Of a DNA stretch of 64,000 nt, positions 40,884 through 50,287 are shown piece after piece; the stretch's first letter is position 1, and each line of letters begins with the position of its first letter. Origin of the DNA: an uncultured Bacteroidia bacterium (GTDB taxonomy: Bacteria; Bacteroidota; Bacteroidia; JAIBAJ01); NCBI GenBank assembly GCA_965284645.1, contig OZ260106.1, forward strand, positions 3,979,160 through 4,043,159, read 5' to 3'. The notes beneath the pieces were generated by a model, which was not told where the DNA came from, did not search any database, and saw only the letters and a program-made list of their open reading frames with translations. The position numbers and the translations under genes were made by a program.

Positions 40884-41027
40884 TCGGGCAGGGATAGAAA
40901 CGGAAAGCCCACAACGGCCCGAGCGAATGCGACAGGCGTGAGGACTTGCAGTGAATAGCCCGACCATGAGCCCTTGCACTACAGGTTAATCGGAGGAGGA
41001 ATGGGTATTGGGGCGAATGGGGCACGC
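40884..41027 (+). repeat. Family-1 GC-rich repeat, copy F (forward)
   Basis: TCGGGCAGGGATAGAAACGGAAAGCCCACAACGG...TGAGGACTTGCAGTGAATAGCCCGACCATGAGCCC...GGGGCACGC. Confidence 0.65.
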
Positions 41028-41116
41028 ATAAAACAATTAAAAATTAAGGAATTAAAAATTAAAAATTGAGGGGAGTAAAATTTTAGGATAGGGTTTGGAC
41101 TTTATACATTGGCGAT

Positions 41117-41124
41117 TACATTTG
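41117..41124 (+). promoter_or_regulatory. Bacteroidetes -7 box (TAcaTTTG) 20 nt upstream of the GH1 ATG
   Basis: Motif match. Confidence 0.35.
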
Positions 41125-41144
41125 GGGCACTAAACCATTCGATT

Positions 41145-42578
41145 ATGAACCGCAGAGACCTTCTAAGAAACATTGGCCTTACCGCAGGTGGATTGAGCCT
41201 TGCCCCGAGCGAGAGTTTTTCGCAACTGCTATCAGGGCCCAGTATGAGCAAACAAGATTTTGGAAAGGATTTTTTGTGGGGAGTAGCAACGGCGGCCTAT
41301 CAAATTGAAGGAGCTTGGAACCAAGATGGTAAAGGTGAAAGTATTTGGGACCGTTTTACCCATACCAAAGGAAAAATTAAACGGGGCGAAAACGGCGATG
41401 TGGCCTGCGATTTTTACCATAGTTTCGAATCAGATTTAGCTATACTGAAATCCTTGAATATGGATGTATTTCGGTTTAGCACAGCATGGAGCCGGGTGTT
41501 GCCACAAGGTATTGGGACTCCCAATCAAAAAGGATTGGATTTTTACCATCGGGTTATCGATTCATGTTTAGAAAAAGGGATTCAGCCATGGCCGACGCTG
41601 TATCATTGGGATTTGCCTCAAGCCTTACAAGATAAAGGCGGCTGGATGAATAGAGAGGTCATTAATTGGTTTTCGGAATATGCCCATTTGATAACCAAAA
41701 CTTATGGCGACAAGGTGAAAAATTGGATGGTATTAAATGAACCTATGGCCTTTTCGGGTTTGGGTTATTTGCTGGGATATCATGCACCAGGCATAAAAGG
41801 CGTAAAACATTTTGCCGCGGCTGTGCACCACACCGCTTATTGCCAGGCCGAAGGAGGACGAATTATCCGGGCCAATGTACCCAATGCCAATATTGGAACT
41901 ACTTTTTCGTGTAGCCATATTGCCCCTTGGAAAAGCGAAGAAAGAGACCATGTAGCGATGACACGTTGGGATACCATGCTTAACACCATGTATATCGAAC
42001 CTTTGATGGGCATGGGCTATCCGGTGAAAGGGCTACCAATGCTCAAACATGTGTACGACCATGTGAAAGACGGGGATATGGAAAAATTGAAATTCGATTT
42101 CGACTTTATAGGGGTGCAAAATTATACGCGTGAGGTAGCCAAGTATATGTGGTATATTCCTTACATGCGAGGATTGGAGGTACCAGCGAAACGAAGAAAA
42201 GGAGTTACGGAAATAACCTTAATGAATTGGGAGGTTTATCCGGAAGGTATTTACGAAGTGTTGAAAAAATTTGCGGCCTATCCCGGGGTGAAGAAACTCA
42301 TTGTAACCGAGAATGGAAGTGCGTTTCAAGATTATGTCATGGGCGATCGGGTTCATGATACGGCCCGCGTAAATTATTACCAAAGGTATATTGCCCAAGT
42401 GCTTCGTGCCAAAAGGGAAGGCATAAATGTAGGCGGTTATTTCTGTTGGACCTTAATGGATAATTTCGAATGGTCGGAAGGGTACCACCCTAGGTTTGGC
42501 TTGGTGTATACCGATTTCGAAACTCAGAAAAGGATTATCAAAGACAGTGGTTTGTGGTTTAGGGAATTTTTGAAGTAG
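41145..42578 (+). CDS. Glycoside hydrolase family 1 beta-glucosidase (Tat/Sec-exported)
   Basis: RRDLLRNIGLTAGG signal. GH1 N-terminal signature FLWGVATAAYQIEGA. Catalytic acid/base in LNEP and nucleophile in TENG. Confidence 0.85.
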   Translation: MNRRDLLRNIGLTAGGLSLAPSESFSQLLSGPSMSKQDFGKDFLWGVATAAYQIEGAWNQDGKGESIWDRFTHTKGKIKRGENGDVACDFYHSFESDLAILKSLNMDVFRFSTAWSRVLPQGIGTPNQKGLDFYHRVIDSCLEKGIQPWPTLYHWDLPQALQDKGGWMNREVINWFSEYAHLITKTYGDKVKNWMVLNEPMAFSGLGYLLGYHAPGIKGVKHFAAAVHHTAYCQAEGGRIIRANVPNANIGTTFSCSHIAPWKSEERDHVAMTRWDTMLNTMYIEPLMGMGYPVKGLPMLKHVYDHVKDGDMEKLKFDFDFIGVQNYTREVAKYMWYIPYMRGLEVPAKRRKGVTEITLMNWEVYPEGIYEVLKKFAAYPGVKKLIVTENGSAFQDYVMGDRVHDTARVNYYQRYIAQVLRAKREGINVGGYFCWTLMDNFEWSEGYHPRFGLVYTDFETQKRIIKDSGLWFREFLK

Positions 42579-42607
42579 GAGATTTATCTAAACTATTTTC
42601 AGCCTTC

Positions 42608-44062
42608 TTATTCCTTAAATTCATAGGCACCCAAATCCGGAATTCCATCCAAGGTTCGGCTATTGCCATCCAAATCGTTTTGGGTTTGAGAAGTTAGGAA
42701 ATCCAATGAGCCGCGGTTTCGAGCAGCCGAACTGGCTCGTAAATGGTAATTGTTGACTGAATAATTTACGAAAATACTATCGCCTGCTGGGTTTTTGAGT
42801 ACGTTGTTAAATTTGGAGACATCGGAAACATCAAATTCATCTTTTACCCGGAACAAACAATAATTGAACTGGTAGGTAAATGCGGCTCCATCGTCTTTAT
42901 CGAACTCCATTTCGGAAGGATTGCTCCCATAAATCAAGCAGTTTTGGAAGGTAGCCTCATCCAGGTTTCGGGCAAACACATTGTCGTTATCATCTTTGAA
43001 GTAGTTATTTAAAACTACACAAGGTGTATTTCGCGTACTGTAGGAATAATAGTTAGCAAACGTGCAATTATTGGCCCTGTAATTGCCACCATAGGCAAAA
43101 GCGGCTGCACTTTGTCCGGCATTAGCCAAAACACAATTTTCCAAAAGCACCTTACTGCCTCTACCAAAGAAGCCAATAGCTGCCATATTTAGGATTTGGG
43201 TATTTCGGATAAAAGTTTCGTAATTGGGTCCGGCCAAGGAAAAAGTATCAGCCAAAATTCCGATGTTGGCATTTTTGATGATGGCAAAATCAATGTTGGC
43301 TGCTGCAGGTTTAAGGAGTCTGATAAACTCCCATTGTCCAGGCAATTCGCGGTAATCGAGTTCCAATCGATCGCCTTGAATGGTAACAGAATCGCTTTGC
43401 GTACCATTAATGAAAAGGGATCCTTCATTGACATAAATTCCAGAATAACGATGAATATACACCCTTGTTCCAGGATCCATGGTAAGTGAACAACCTTTTT
43501 TCACTTGAGCAAAACCATAGATGACATGTGGTTTGTCGTTGAACCAATGCTCGTCGCAATTTAAATTAAAGACAATGGTTGAATCATTTGGACCAGGGAA
43601 ATGAAAGTAGGCATCTTGTCCGAAGGCAACCAAATCAATATCTTGGTTAACGCCATTGGTTTCAAAAACGATGCTATCGGTTACCACCAAGGGAGTATTA
43701 AGGTTATTGGGATCGAGGGTAACCTCTACAAAGCCATAGATGCTATCATTTGGAGCGATTTCAATATCAGAGAAGCTACGCCCCGACATACCATCGATAT
43801 TCATTCTAAACTTGCTGGATTCGCCACCGGCAAGGTAAATACGGCTAATTCGGATATTATCGTTTTGGCGGTTGTACACTTTAAAGGAACGAGTTGCCGA
43901 ACCGAGGGTTGTAAAAACCGTATCGAACATAACGGTATCCTTGTTGAATTCCAAGGCTCCAGAGGTGGTAAAGGATTCTTTTCTGCAGGAACTGGTAAAT
44001 AAAGCCGTTAGAATGAAAGCAACAAGCAGAAGAAAGTGGGTGATTTTCATTAATTGGGACAA
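42608..44062 (-). CDS. Lipoprotein with a right-handed parallel beta-helix (pectate-lyase-fold) repeat domain
   Basis: Lipobox LFTSSC. The repeated N/G-rich segments are typical of beta-helix proteins. Confidence 0.55.
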   Translation of the reverse strand: MSQLMKITHFLLLVAFILTALFTSSCRKESFTTSGALEFNKDTVMFDTVFTTLGSATRSFKVYNRQNDNIRISRIYLAGGESSKFRMNIDGMSGRSFSDIEIAPNDSIYGFVEVTLDPNNLNTPLVVTDSIVFETNGVNQDIDLVAFGQDAYFHFPGPNDSTIVFNLNCDEHWFNDKPHVIYGFAQVKKGCSLTMDPGTRVYIHRYSGIYVNEGSLFINGTQSDSVTIQGDRLELDYRELPGQWEFIRLLKPAAANIDFAIIKNANIGILADTFSLAGPNYETFIRNTQILNMAAIGFFGRGSKVLLENCVLANAGQSAAAFAYGGNYRANNCTFANYYSYSTRNTPCVVLNNYFKDDNDNVFARNLDEATFQNCLIYGSNPSEMEFDKDDGAAFTYQFNYCLFRVKDEFDVSDVSKFNNVLKNPAGDSIFVNYSVNNYHLRASSAARNRGSLDFLTSQTQNDLDGNSRTLDGIPDLGAYEFKE

Positions 44063-44111
44063 AAGTAAGGATTAAAGTCTAAAAACTTGGCCTGCGAACG
44101 AAAGAAAATCC

Positions 44112-45419
44112 TTGATATTGTGGTACTTTTGTAATTCTATTCAAGTGGTACCCAAATTAGGAGATTTCGGCCGAAAGGTCTTGACAGTAGCTGGTGGAAC
44201 GGCTGTGGCCCAATCCATTTTGGTGCTAAGTTTGCCTATTTTGGCTTGGTTTTATTCAAGCGAGGCCTTTGGAATTCAAGCTGTTTTTATAAGCCTAACA
44301 ACCCTTTTATCAATTGTCTCTACAGGTCGTTTCGAAATGGCCATAGTGATTCAAGAAAAAGACATGAAGGCAACGGCTTTGGTTTCTCTTTCAGTGTATA
44401 CCAACCTTTTGACAAGTCTCATCCTTGGAATCGCTTGTCTTTGGGCGGGAGAATGGATTGAAAGTGCTGTTCATTCGCCTGGGTTGAACAAGTTCCTATT
44501 TTTATTGCCAGTAGCCGTTTTTGGAACCAGTTTATTTCAGATTTATTACAATTGGGGTTTACGAAAAAAAGCATTTAGGCTAATTTCAATAGCAAGGGTT
44601 ATTCAAAACCTATTGGCTTTTATATTTGGAGTGAGTTTTGCCCTAGCAGGATACAAAGCACAAGGATTGATTTGGGGATATGCCATAGGCCAGTTATTGG
44701 GAGGGCTTTCCATGGTTTTGGTTTCGTTTCTTTGGACCGATTACCAGCCTAATTTTCCAACTATTGACCAATTGGTCCGATTAATTTCCGACAATCGAAA
44801 ATTTCCAGGTATCAATGCCATTCATGCCTTGGCTGATTCAGCTTTTTCCAATGGGCTCACTTTTATTATTTCCATCCTTTTTGGAAGTTCCGTAGTTGGA
44901 TTATATTCCATTTCCTATCGCTTACTTAGGATTCCACTAGCCTTTATAGGAGCATCAATTGCCCAGGTAATGTTTCCAGAATTTGCAGAATTGAGTCATT
45001 CCAATCGATTGCAAAGAAAGGATGTTGTAAATCCTGTTGTAAAAATCCTTTGGATCGCTCTGCCTTTTTTCGCCCTAATTACTTTCTTTTCACCTTGGAT
45101 AATCGGGATTGTATTGGGAAAAGAATGGGAGGAGGCAGGAAAAATTGCGCAATTATTAAGTCCTTGGTTGTTTTTCAATTTTTTATTCAGTCCATTGTCC
45201 AATCTTCCCACCGTTATTGGCAAGCAATTCCCATTTTTCATCATCACTTTGGTTGGAAACCTAATTGCACTAATTGTTTTGTTTGTATCAGCCAAGGTTT
45301 TTCTTTCCTATCATTGGCCTTTCTTTTTGTTTTCCCTCGTTTGCGGCTGCATGAATTTATATGGTTTATTGTGGCTTATTCATTTGTTTAAACCTAACCA
45401 TGCTCCATCAAATCTTTGA
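44112..45419 (+). CDS. wzx: Polysaccharide biosynthesis protein, Wzx-type flippase (MOP superfamily)
   Basis: Roughly 12 TM segments with the typical N-terminal ...LTVAGGTAVAQSILVLSLPILA. The track start is a TTG codon, so the true start is uncertain. Confidence 0.65.
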   Translation: MILWYFCNSIQVVPKLGDFGRKVLTVAGGTAVAQSILVLSLPILAWFYSSEAFGIQAVFISLTTLLSIVSTGRFEMAIVIQEKDMKATALVSLSVYTNLLTSLILGIACLWAGEWIESAVHSPGLNKFLFLLPVAVFGTSLFQIYYNWGLRKKAFRLISIARVIQNLLAFIFGVSFALAGYKAQGLIWGYAIGQLLGGLSMVLVSFLWTDYQPNFPTIDQLVRLISDNRKFPGINAIHALADSAFSNGLTFIISILFGSSVVGLYSISYRLLRIPLAFIGASIAQVMFPEFAELSHSNRLQRKDVVNPVVKILWIALPFFALITFFSPWIIGIVLGKEWEEAGKIAQLLSPWLFFNFLFSPLSNLPTVIGKQFPFFIITLVGNLIALIVLFVSAKVFLSYHWPFFLFSLVCGCMNLYGLLWLIHLFKPNHAPSNL

Positions 45420-46695
45420 ATTCCTTAAAAACCTGCGGCGAATTTCATTTTTACAAGGGGTTTCATTTTTCCTGGGATTGATTCTACTAACGGCTGTTCC
45501 TTATTCTGCAGGTTTTTGCAAAGATTGGTATATCCAAATTGGAGGAAGCTATCGGTTAAATTTCTTTTATGGCATTCAATTTATTCTTTATGGAATCCTT
45601 CTATTGCATTTTAGGTATTCCATAAAAACCCGCTTTGAACGTTGGATTTATTTGGGTTTGCTTGCCACCTTATTAGCGCGGGGATTATCCTTGTTGTTTG
45701 CTGTGGAAATGGAAAGAATCCAAATACTGAGTTTGGTTCGATATATTGAAGTCTTTTTATGTATCTATTGTTTGACCAATCTTTGGGAAGATGCACGTAA
45801 TCGTTTAGCCTTTCTATCGGGACTATTTATTGCTGTCGTAGTTGAGTGCATAATGGGATATGCCATGTTTATTGTTTCTGGTGGATTTTTGAGAGGTATT
45901 TTTACGGGAGTTCCAGCTTATCAAATGTTGGTGCTGTTTTCAATGTTCATGTTATTAGAAGCAAAGCATGAGCATTGGCTGAAATTAACCATTTTCTCTT
46001 GTTTATTGCTTCTTGGAATAGTAGGCACACAAACGAGAAGCGCCCTTTTGCAATTATTTATTGGTTTTGGGGCAGTGGGAATGCTTAGTTTAATTCAAGG
46101 ATATTTTCAAAAATTTCTTTTAGTGGCTGCAATCCCAGTTGCATTTGTTTCAGGGTTAGCTTATTTGCAAAACTCCCAATTCCAAGCAGCCAAAAACAGG
46201 TTAGCTGAAGCCTACATTGAATCGTACATAAAAACAACGGAGGCAGAAGAAGGGGAAGGTGTTAGTTCTGGCACCTTGCAATGGCGATATTTTCTGTGGG
46301 ACAAAAGTTTGGGGGCATTCAAAAGTCATCCTATAACAGGCATTGGAAGTGGTGGGTTTCCCAGGCAATTGCCTCATTTACCACAAGTGTTTGGTGTAAG
46401 GTTAGACCGAGTGGACAAAAATATGCCCTTATCCACTCATAATACGTTTTTAGGTGTACTTTCTGAAACTGGAATTATAGGTGTTTTAGCCTATCTAATT
46501 TGGATTATAGGAGTTGGGAGAGTTGCATGGACCTGTTTTTTTTCCACGAAGGACAATTCCGTTTTAATTGGATTTTCCATTTTGGTAGGAATTTTTACAT
46601 TTAGCGATTTTTGGTCCCAGCAATCCTTTATCCCCAATATGAGTTTCTCGGTTGCATTTCTATTAGGCTATTTACGACAAAAAGAATTGGAATAG
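45400..46695 (+). CDS. O-antigen polymerase/ligase-like (Wzy_C) membrane protein
   Basis: Polytopic membrane protein with a periplasmic loop containing TQTRSALL, a Wzy_C-like motif. Confidence 0.5.
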   Translation: MLHQIFEFLKNLRRISFLQGVSFFLGLILLTAVPYSAGFCKDWYIQIGGSYRLNFFYGIQFILYGILLLHFRYSIKTRFERWIYLGLLATLLARGLSLLFAVEMERIQILSLVRYIEVFLCIYCLTNLWEDARNRLAFLSGLFIAVVVECIMGYAMFIVSGGFLRGIFTGVPAYQMLVLFSMFMLLEAKHEHWLKLTIFSCLLLLGIVGTQTRSALLQLFIGFGAVGMLSLIQGYFQKFLLVAAIPVAFVSGLAYLQNSQFQAAKNRLAEAYIESYIKTTEAEEGEGVSSGTLQWRYFLWDKSLGAFKSHPITGIGSGGFPRQLPHLPQVFGVRLDRVDKNMPLSTHNTFLGVLSETGIIGVLAYLIWIIGVGRVAWTCFFSTKDNSVLIGFSILVGIFTFSDFWSQQSFIPNMSFSVAFLLGYLRQKELE

Positions 46696-46698
46696 GAA

Positions 46699-47802
46699 AT
46701 GAGAGTATTTTTTTTAGCCGATTCATGTTCCGCTCATACCAAGCGATGGGCTTTAGCATTGGCTGAAAGAGGGATAGAAATAGGTTTGTATAGTTTTAGG
46801 GAACCCGATTCGCCTTGGGCTGAAAACAATCCCAACATTTCCATCTTAAGTCAAGGAACAAATACAAATTTTGCCCAGAAACTATGGACAAAAATTGGCT
46901 ATCTGTCACATTTATCCGAGGTAAAAAGGGCAATCAAAAAGTTCAAACCTGATGTGGTTCATGCCCATTATGCGAGTAGTTATGGTTTATTAGGCAGGCT
47001 TTCTGGATTTGAACCATTATTTATTAGTGCCTGGGGAAGCGATGTAATGGAATTTCCGAAAAAAAATTACTTCTTCAAGAAAATAGTCAGAAAAAACCTA
47101 ATTGCAGCGCAACGTGTATTTTGCACCAGTCAGACTTTATTGGACCATGTAAAAAATATTGCTTCCATTCAACCTGTTTATCTTCCTTGGGGTGTGGATA
47201 CATCCCTTTTTCATCCAATAACCGAAGAAAAAGAAAACAACATCATTACGATAGGTACAGTAAAATCGTTAGAATCTGTTTATCGAATAGATCTTCTTAT
47301 CCTTGCTTTTTCCATGCTTAAAAAAAGGCAAAAACTTCAAAACATTCGTTTAATGATTGTAGGTGGAGGAAGTTTGGAACATGAATTAAGAAGCCTTTCG
47401 ATGACCCTTGGCCTAAGCGATCAGGTTGAATTTACTGGCAAAATAGAACCCCAATTAATTCCAGCATATCATAGGCAGATTGACATTTTTGTAAATGTCT
47501 CCGAGCGAGAAAGCTTTGGTGTATCAGTTTTGGAAGCATCAGCTAGTGGAGTCCCCGTAATTGTAAGTCGAACTGGTGGACTAACTGAAGTTGTTTTGGA
47601 GGGGAAAACTGGTTTAATTGTGCCTGTAAACAAGATTGAACCCTTGGCTGATGCAATAGAAAAATTAATTCATTCGGAGGGAAATAGAAAAGAGATGGGA
47701 AGCAATGGAAGAAAGTGGGTAACAGAAAACTTTGATTGGAACAGCAGTGTAGGCCAAATGGTAGAAGAATATCGTAAAGCCTCGAAAAACCTGGCTAGGT
47801 GA
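46699..47802 (+). CDS. Glycosyltransferase family 4
   Basis: C-terminal GT-B motif FVNVSERESFGVSVLEASASGVPVIVSRTGG. Confidence 0.8.
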   Translation: MRVFFLADSCSAHTKRWALALAERGIEIGLYSFREPDSPWAENNPNISILSQGTNTNFAQKLWTKIGYLSHLSEVKRAIKKFKPDVVHAHYASSYGLLGRLSGFEPLFISAWGSDVMEFPKKNYFFKKIVRKNLIAAQRVFCTSQTLLDHVKNIASIQPVYLPWGVDTSLFHPITEEKENNIITIGTVKSLESVYRIDLLILAFSMLKKRQKLQNIRLMIVGGGSLEHELRSLSMTLGLSDQVEFTGKIEPQLIPAYHRQIDIFVNVSERESFGVSVLEASASGVPVIVSRTGGLTEVVLEGKTGLIVPVNKIEPLADAIEKLIHSEGNRKEMGSNGRKWVTENFDWNSSVGQMVEEYRKASKNLAR

Positions 47803-49024
47803 CAATTTTTTCAAGTTCATGCAGGAATTCATCTGCAATCATTTCACGTTCAAACTTCGCTTTAACATAGTTCAACCCATTGTTCCCTTTTTGGCTAAAC
47901 AAATCAGGGTTAGCAATCACTTCTTTGATCTTAAGGGCTAGGTCAGCATCATTCTCTGGCTCAAAATACCATCCTGCCTTTCCTTCATCAATAAATAAGG
48001 TTCTAGCCTCACCATCAACACCTAAAAATACGGGCTTTCGCATGGCTAAATTTTCGAAAATCTTCGAAGGAATTGCACCAAGGAACAGATCCAGTTTCTT
48101 GAGTGGAACAACTGTTGCATTGCTAGCGGCAACAATTTCAGGCATTTGTTTCTTTTCTACTGATCCGATAAAAAAAACTTGGGTATTTCCAAGAGAACTA
48201 TTTAAAATTTCAAGCATCTGCCTTTCAGGCCCGGTACCAACCAAAACAAACTTTACATGAGGATATTCCTTTAATCTAGCAGCTGCTTTCAGAATAACTT
48301 CTAAACCTTGAGCATGGCCTAAAATACCTGCATAAAGAAATAATAAGTCATCTGGAGAAAAACCATTTTCAGATCTCCATGTTTCTCCATCAACTTGATC
48401 TGGGTTAAAAAAAGAAGTATCAACACCGTTTCTTAGCCAAACAAAGCGTTTCTGAGGATGTCTTCGACGAATATCTTCCACAATCCCTTGGGTTTGACCA
48501 CTAATTAAGGCAGACTTCTTATAAAGGTAATTTTCTAAAAAAGTTGCCCAACTTAAAAGCGTTTTATTACTTACAATTCCGAGTTTCTCTGCACTTTCAG
48601 GCCATAAATCTGAAACATTGAAAATCAGTTTTGATCTTTTCCAAAAGCATAACCAAAGTGCTGTTAAACCCAAAAAAAGCGGTGGAGACTCACATAAAAC
48701 AAAATCAACTTTTCTTGGATTTTTTAAACCAAAAATAGCAGCGGTGAATACGAAGGAGAAGTAATTAAGTAAACGGGGGACAATACCTTTCTTTTGGGAG
48801 GCATAAATCCATGAACGAAAAACAGGAATTCCCTGAATTTCTTCCTTCATAAACCATTTACCTTGGTAGGACTCAAATATTTGACCCTTTGGGTAATTTG
48901 GCATAGCTGTCAAAACACTTATTTCCACTCCTTTTTTCTTCAATCGAATTGCTAATTCGCTCAATCGATTTTGAGGAGCACCTGTTTCAGGTGGGTAATA
49001 TTGTGTTAAAATAAGTAGTTTCAC
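47795..49024 (-). CDS. Glycosyltransferase family 4 (WbuB-like)
   Basis: N-terminal LTQYYPPETGAPQNR motif of the WbuB/GT4 clade; C-terminal E..K GT-B motif. Confidence 0.8.
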   Translation of the reverse strand: MKLLILTQYYPPETGAPQNRLSELAIRLKKKGVEISVLTAMPNYPKGQIFESYQGKWFMKEEIQGIPVFRSWIYASQKKGIVPRLLNYFSFVFTAAIFGLKNPRKVDFVLCESPPLFLGLTALWLCFWKRSKLIFNVSDLWPESAEKLGIVSNKTLLSWATFLENYLYKKSALISGQTQGIVEDIRRRHPQKRFVWLRNGVDTSFFNPDQVDGETWRSENGFSPDDLLFLYAGILGHAQGLEVILKAAARLKEYPHVKFVLVGTGPERQMLEILNSSLGNTQVFFIGSVEKKQMPEIVAASNATVVPLKKLDLFLGAIPSKIFENLAMRKPVFLGVDGEARTLFIDEGKAGWYFEPENDADLALKIKEVIANPDLFSQKGNNGLNYVKAKFEREMIADEFLHELEKIVT

Positions 49025-49081
49025 CGCTAATTTGGTCGGACAAACTTAAACCAATACGACCTTTGACCCATAGAAAAACTG

Positions 49082-50287
49082 ATGGTAATCCGTCAAAAAC
49101 TTGAAAATATACCTTCTTGGCTGATTGGAGGCATTGCCCTTTGCTTACCATTCGGCTTGCCCTTAATCAATTTTTTGGGAATTCTTCTTAGTTTATTTGG
49201 GATTTGGAAATTCATAAAAGTTAAATTTAGTTTTTCCATAACCAATCTTGGTTGGGGAAAGTCTTTACTTATAGGATTCTTTTTTATTCATGTTTTAAGT
49301 TTGTTTTGGACAGAAAACTATTCGGAAGGTCTGTTTAGGGTTCAACAAAGACTACTTTTTTTGCTTTGGCCATGGGCATTTACCTTCGCATTCGAAGGTA
49401 AAACAGACCGCTCAATTCCTTGGCTTTCGTTTATAGTTGGTTTATTTCTTGCGGTATTTTCCTGCTATGTTCATTCCTTTCTTAATAATTCAATCCATAG
49501 AGCTTGGTTTTACACAAATTTCAGCTGGTTTATGCATCCAAGCTATTTTTCATTATTTGTTGTATTTGGTAGCTTTTTGAGTCTTTTATCCCTTTTAAAC
49601 CTTTGGGAATCTTTTTTAATACCTAAATGGGCTTGGTTAATCTTGTATTTATATTTCTCCATTTCACTCTATTTTATTGAATCCAAATCGGGTCAAGTAT
49701 CTTGGGTTGTATTAAATGCAATTACATTTTTTTACTGGATTGGACAGAAATTCAGTTATCATCTCTCCATCCTACTTTTGCTTTTTTCCATTGTTTTGGG
49801 GATTTGGAAAATGGACAATCTAAAAAACAGGCTTGGTGAACGATACCAGCAGATGTTAACTGGAATACAGGTTGGTTCGTCCCAAGCTCTAGAAAGTACA
49901 GGAGGACGAATACAATCATTTGAAGCAGGGTGGTCCAGTTGTAAGGAAAATTGGTTTATTGGTGTAGGCATAGGAGATGAACAATCCACTTTACAAAAGG
50001 CATTTCATACACAGAAATTCAATTATGCATCGGTTCATAATCTAAACTGCCATAATCAATTTTTGCAAACATGGCTTGCCACTGGACTTTTGGGATTAAT
50101 CGTTTTAATTTTTCTAGTTTTAATCCCCTTTATTTTGAGATTAAACATTGTCACCTTTGGATTTTCACTTTTATTGATTTTGAATTTTATGGTCGAATCA
50201 ATGTTAGAAAGACAAATAGGTTTGTTCTTTTTCACCTTCTTTTACCTTTTACTTTTGCCAACTAAAGAAAAGCAAGGTCAAACATGA
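49082..50287 (+). CDS. O-antigen ligase / Wzy-family polytopic membrane protein
   Basis: About 10 TM segments, with a large loop containing NYASVHNLNCHNQFLQTWLATG (Wzy_C-like). Confidence 0.55.
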   Translation: MVIRQKLENIPSWLIGGIALCLPFGLPLINFLGILLSLFGIWKFIKVKFSFSITNLGWGKSLLIGFFFIHVLSLFWTENYSEGLFRVQQRLLFLLWPWAFTFAFEGKTDRSIPWLSFIVGLFLAVFSCYVHSFLNNSIHRAWFYTNFSWFMHPSYFSLFVVFGSFLSLLSLLNLWESFLIPKWAWLILYLYFSISLYFIESKSGQVSWVVLNAITFFYWIGQKFSYHLSILLLLFSIVLGIWKMDNLKNRLGERYQQMLTGIQVGSSQALESTGGRIQSFEAGWSSCKENWFIGVGIGDEQSTLQKAFHTQKFNYASVHNLNCHNQFLQTWLATGLLGLIVLIFLVLIPFILRLNIVTFGFSLLLILNFMVESMLERQIGLFFFTFFYLLLLPTKEKQGQT

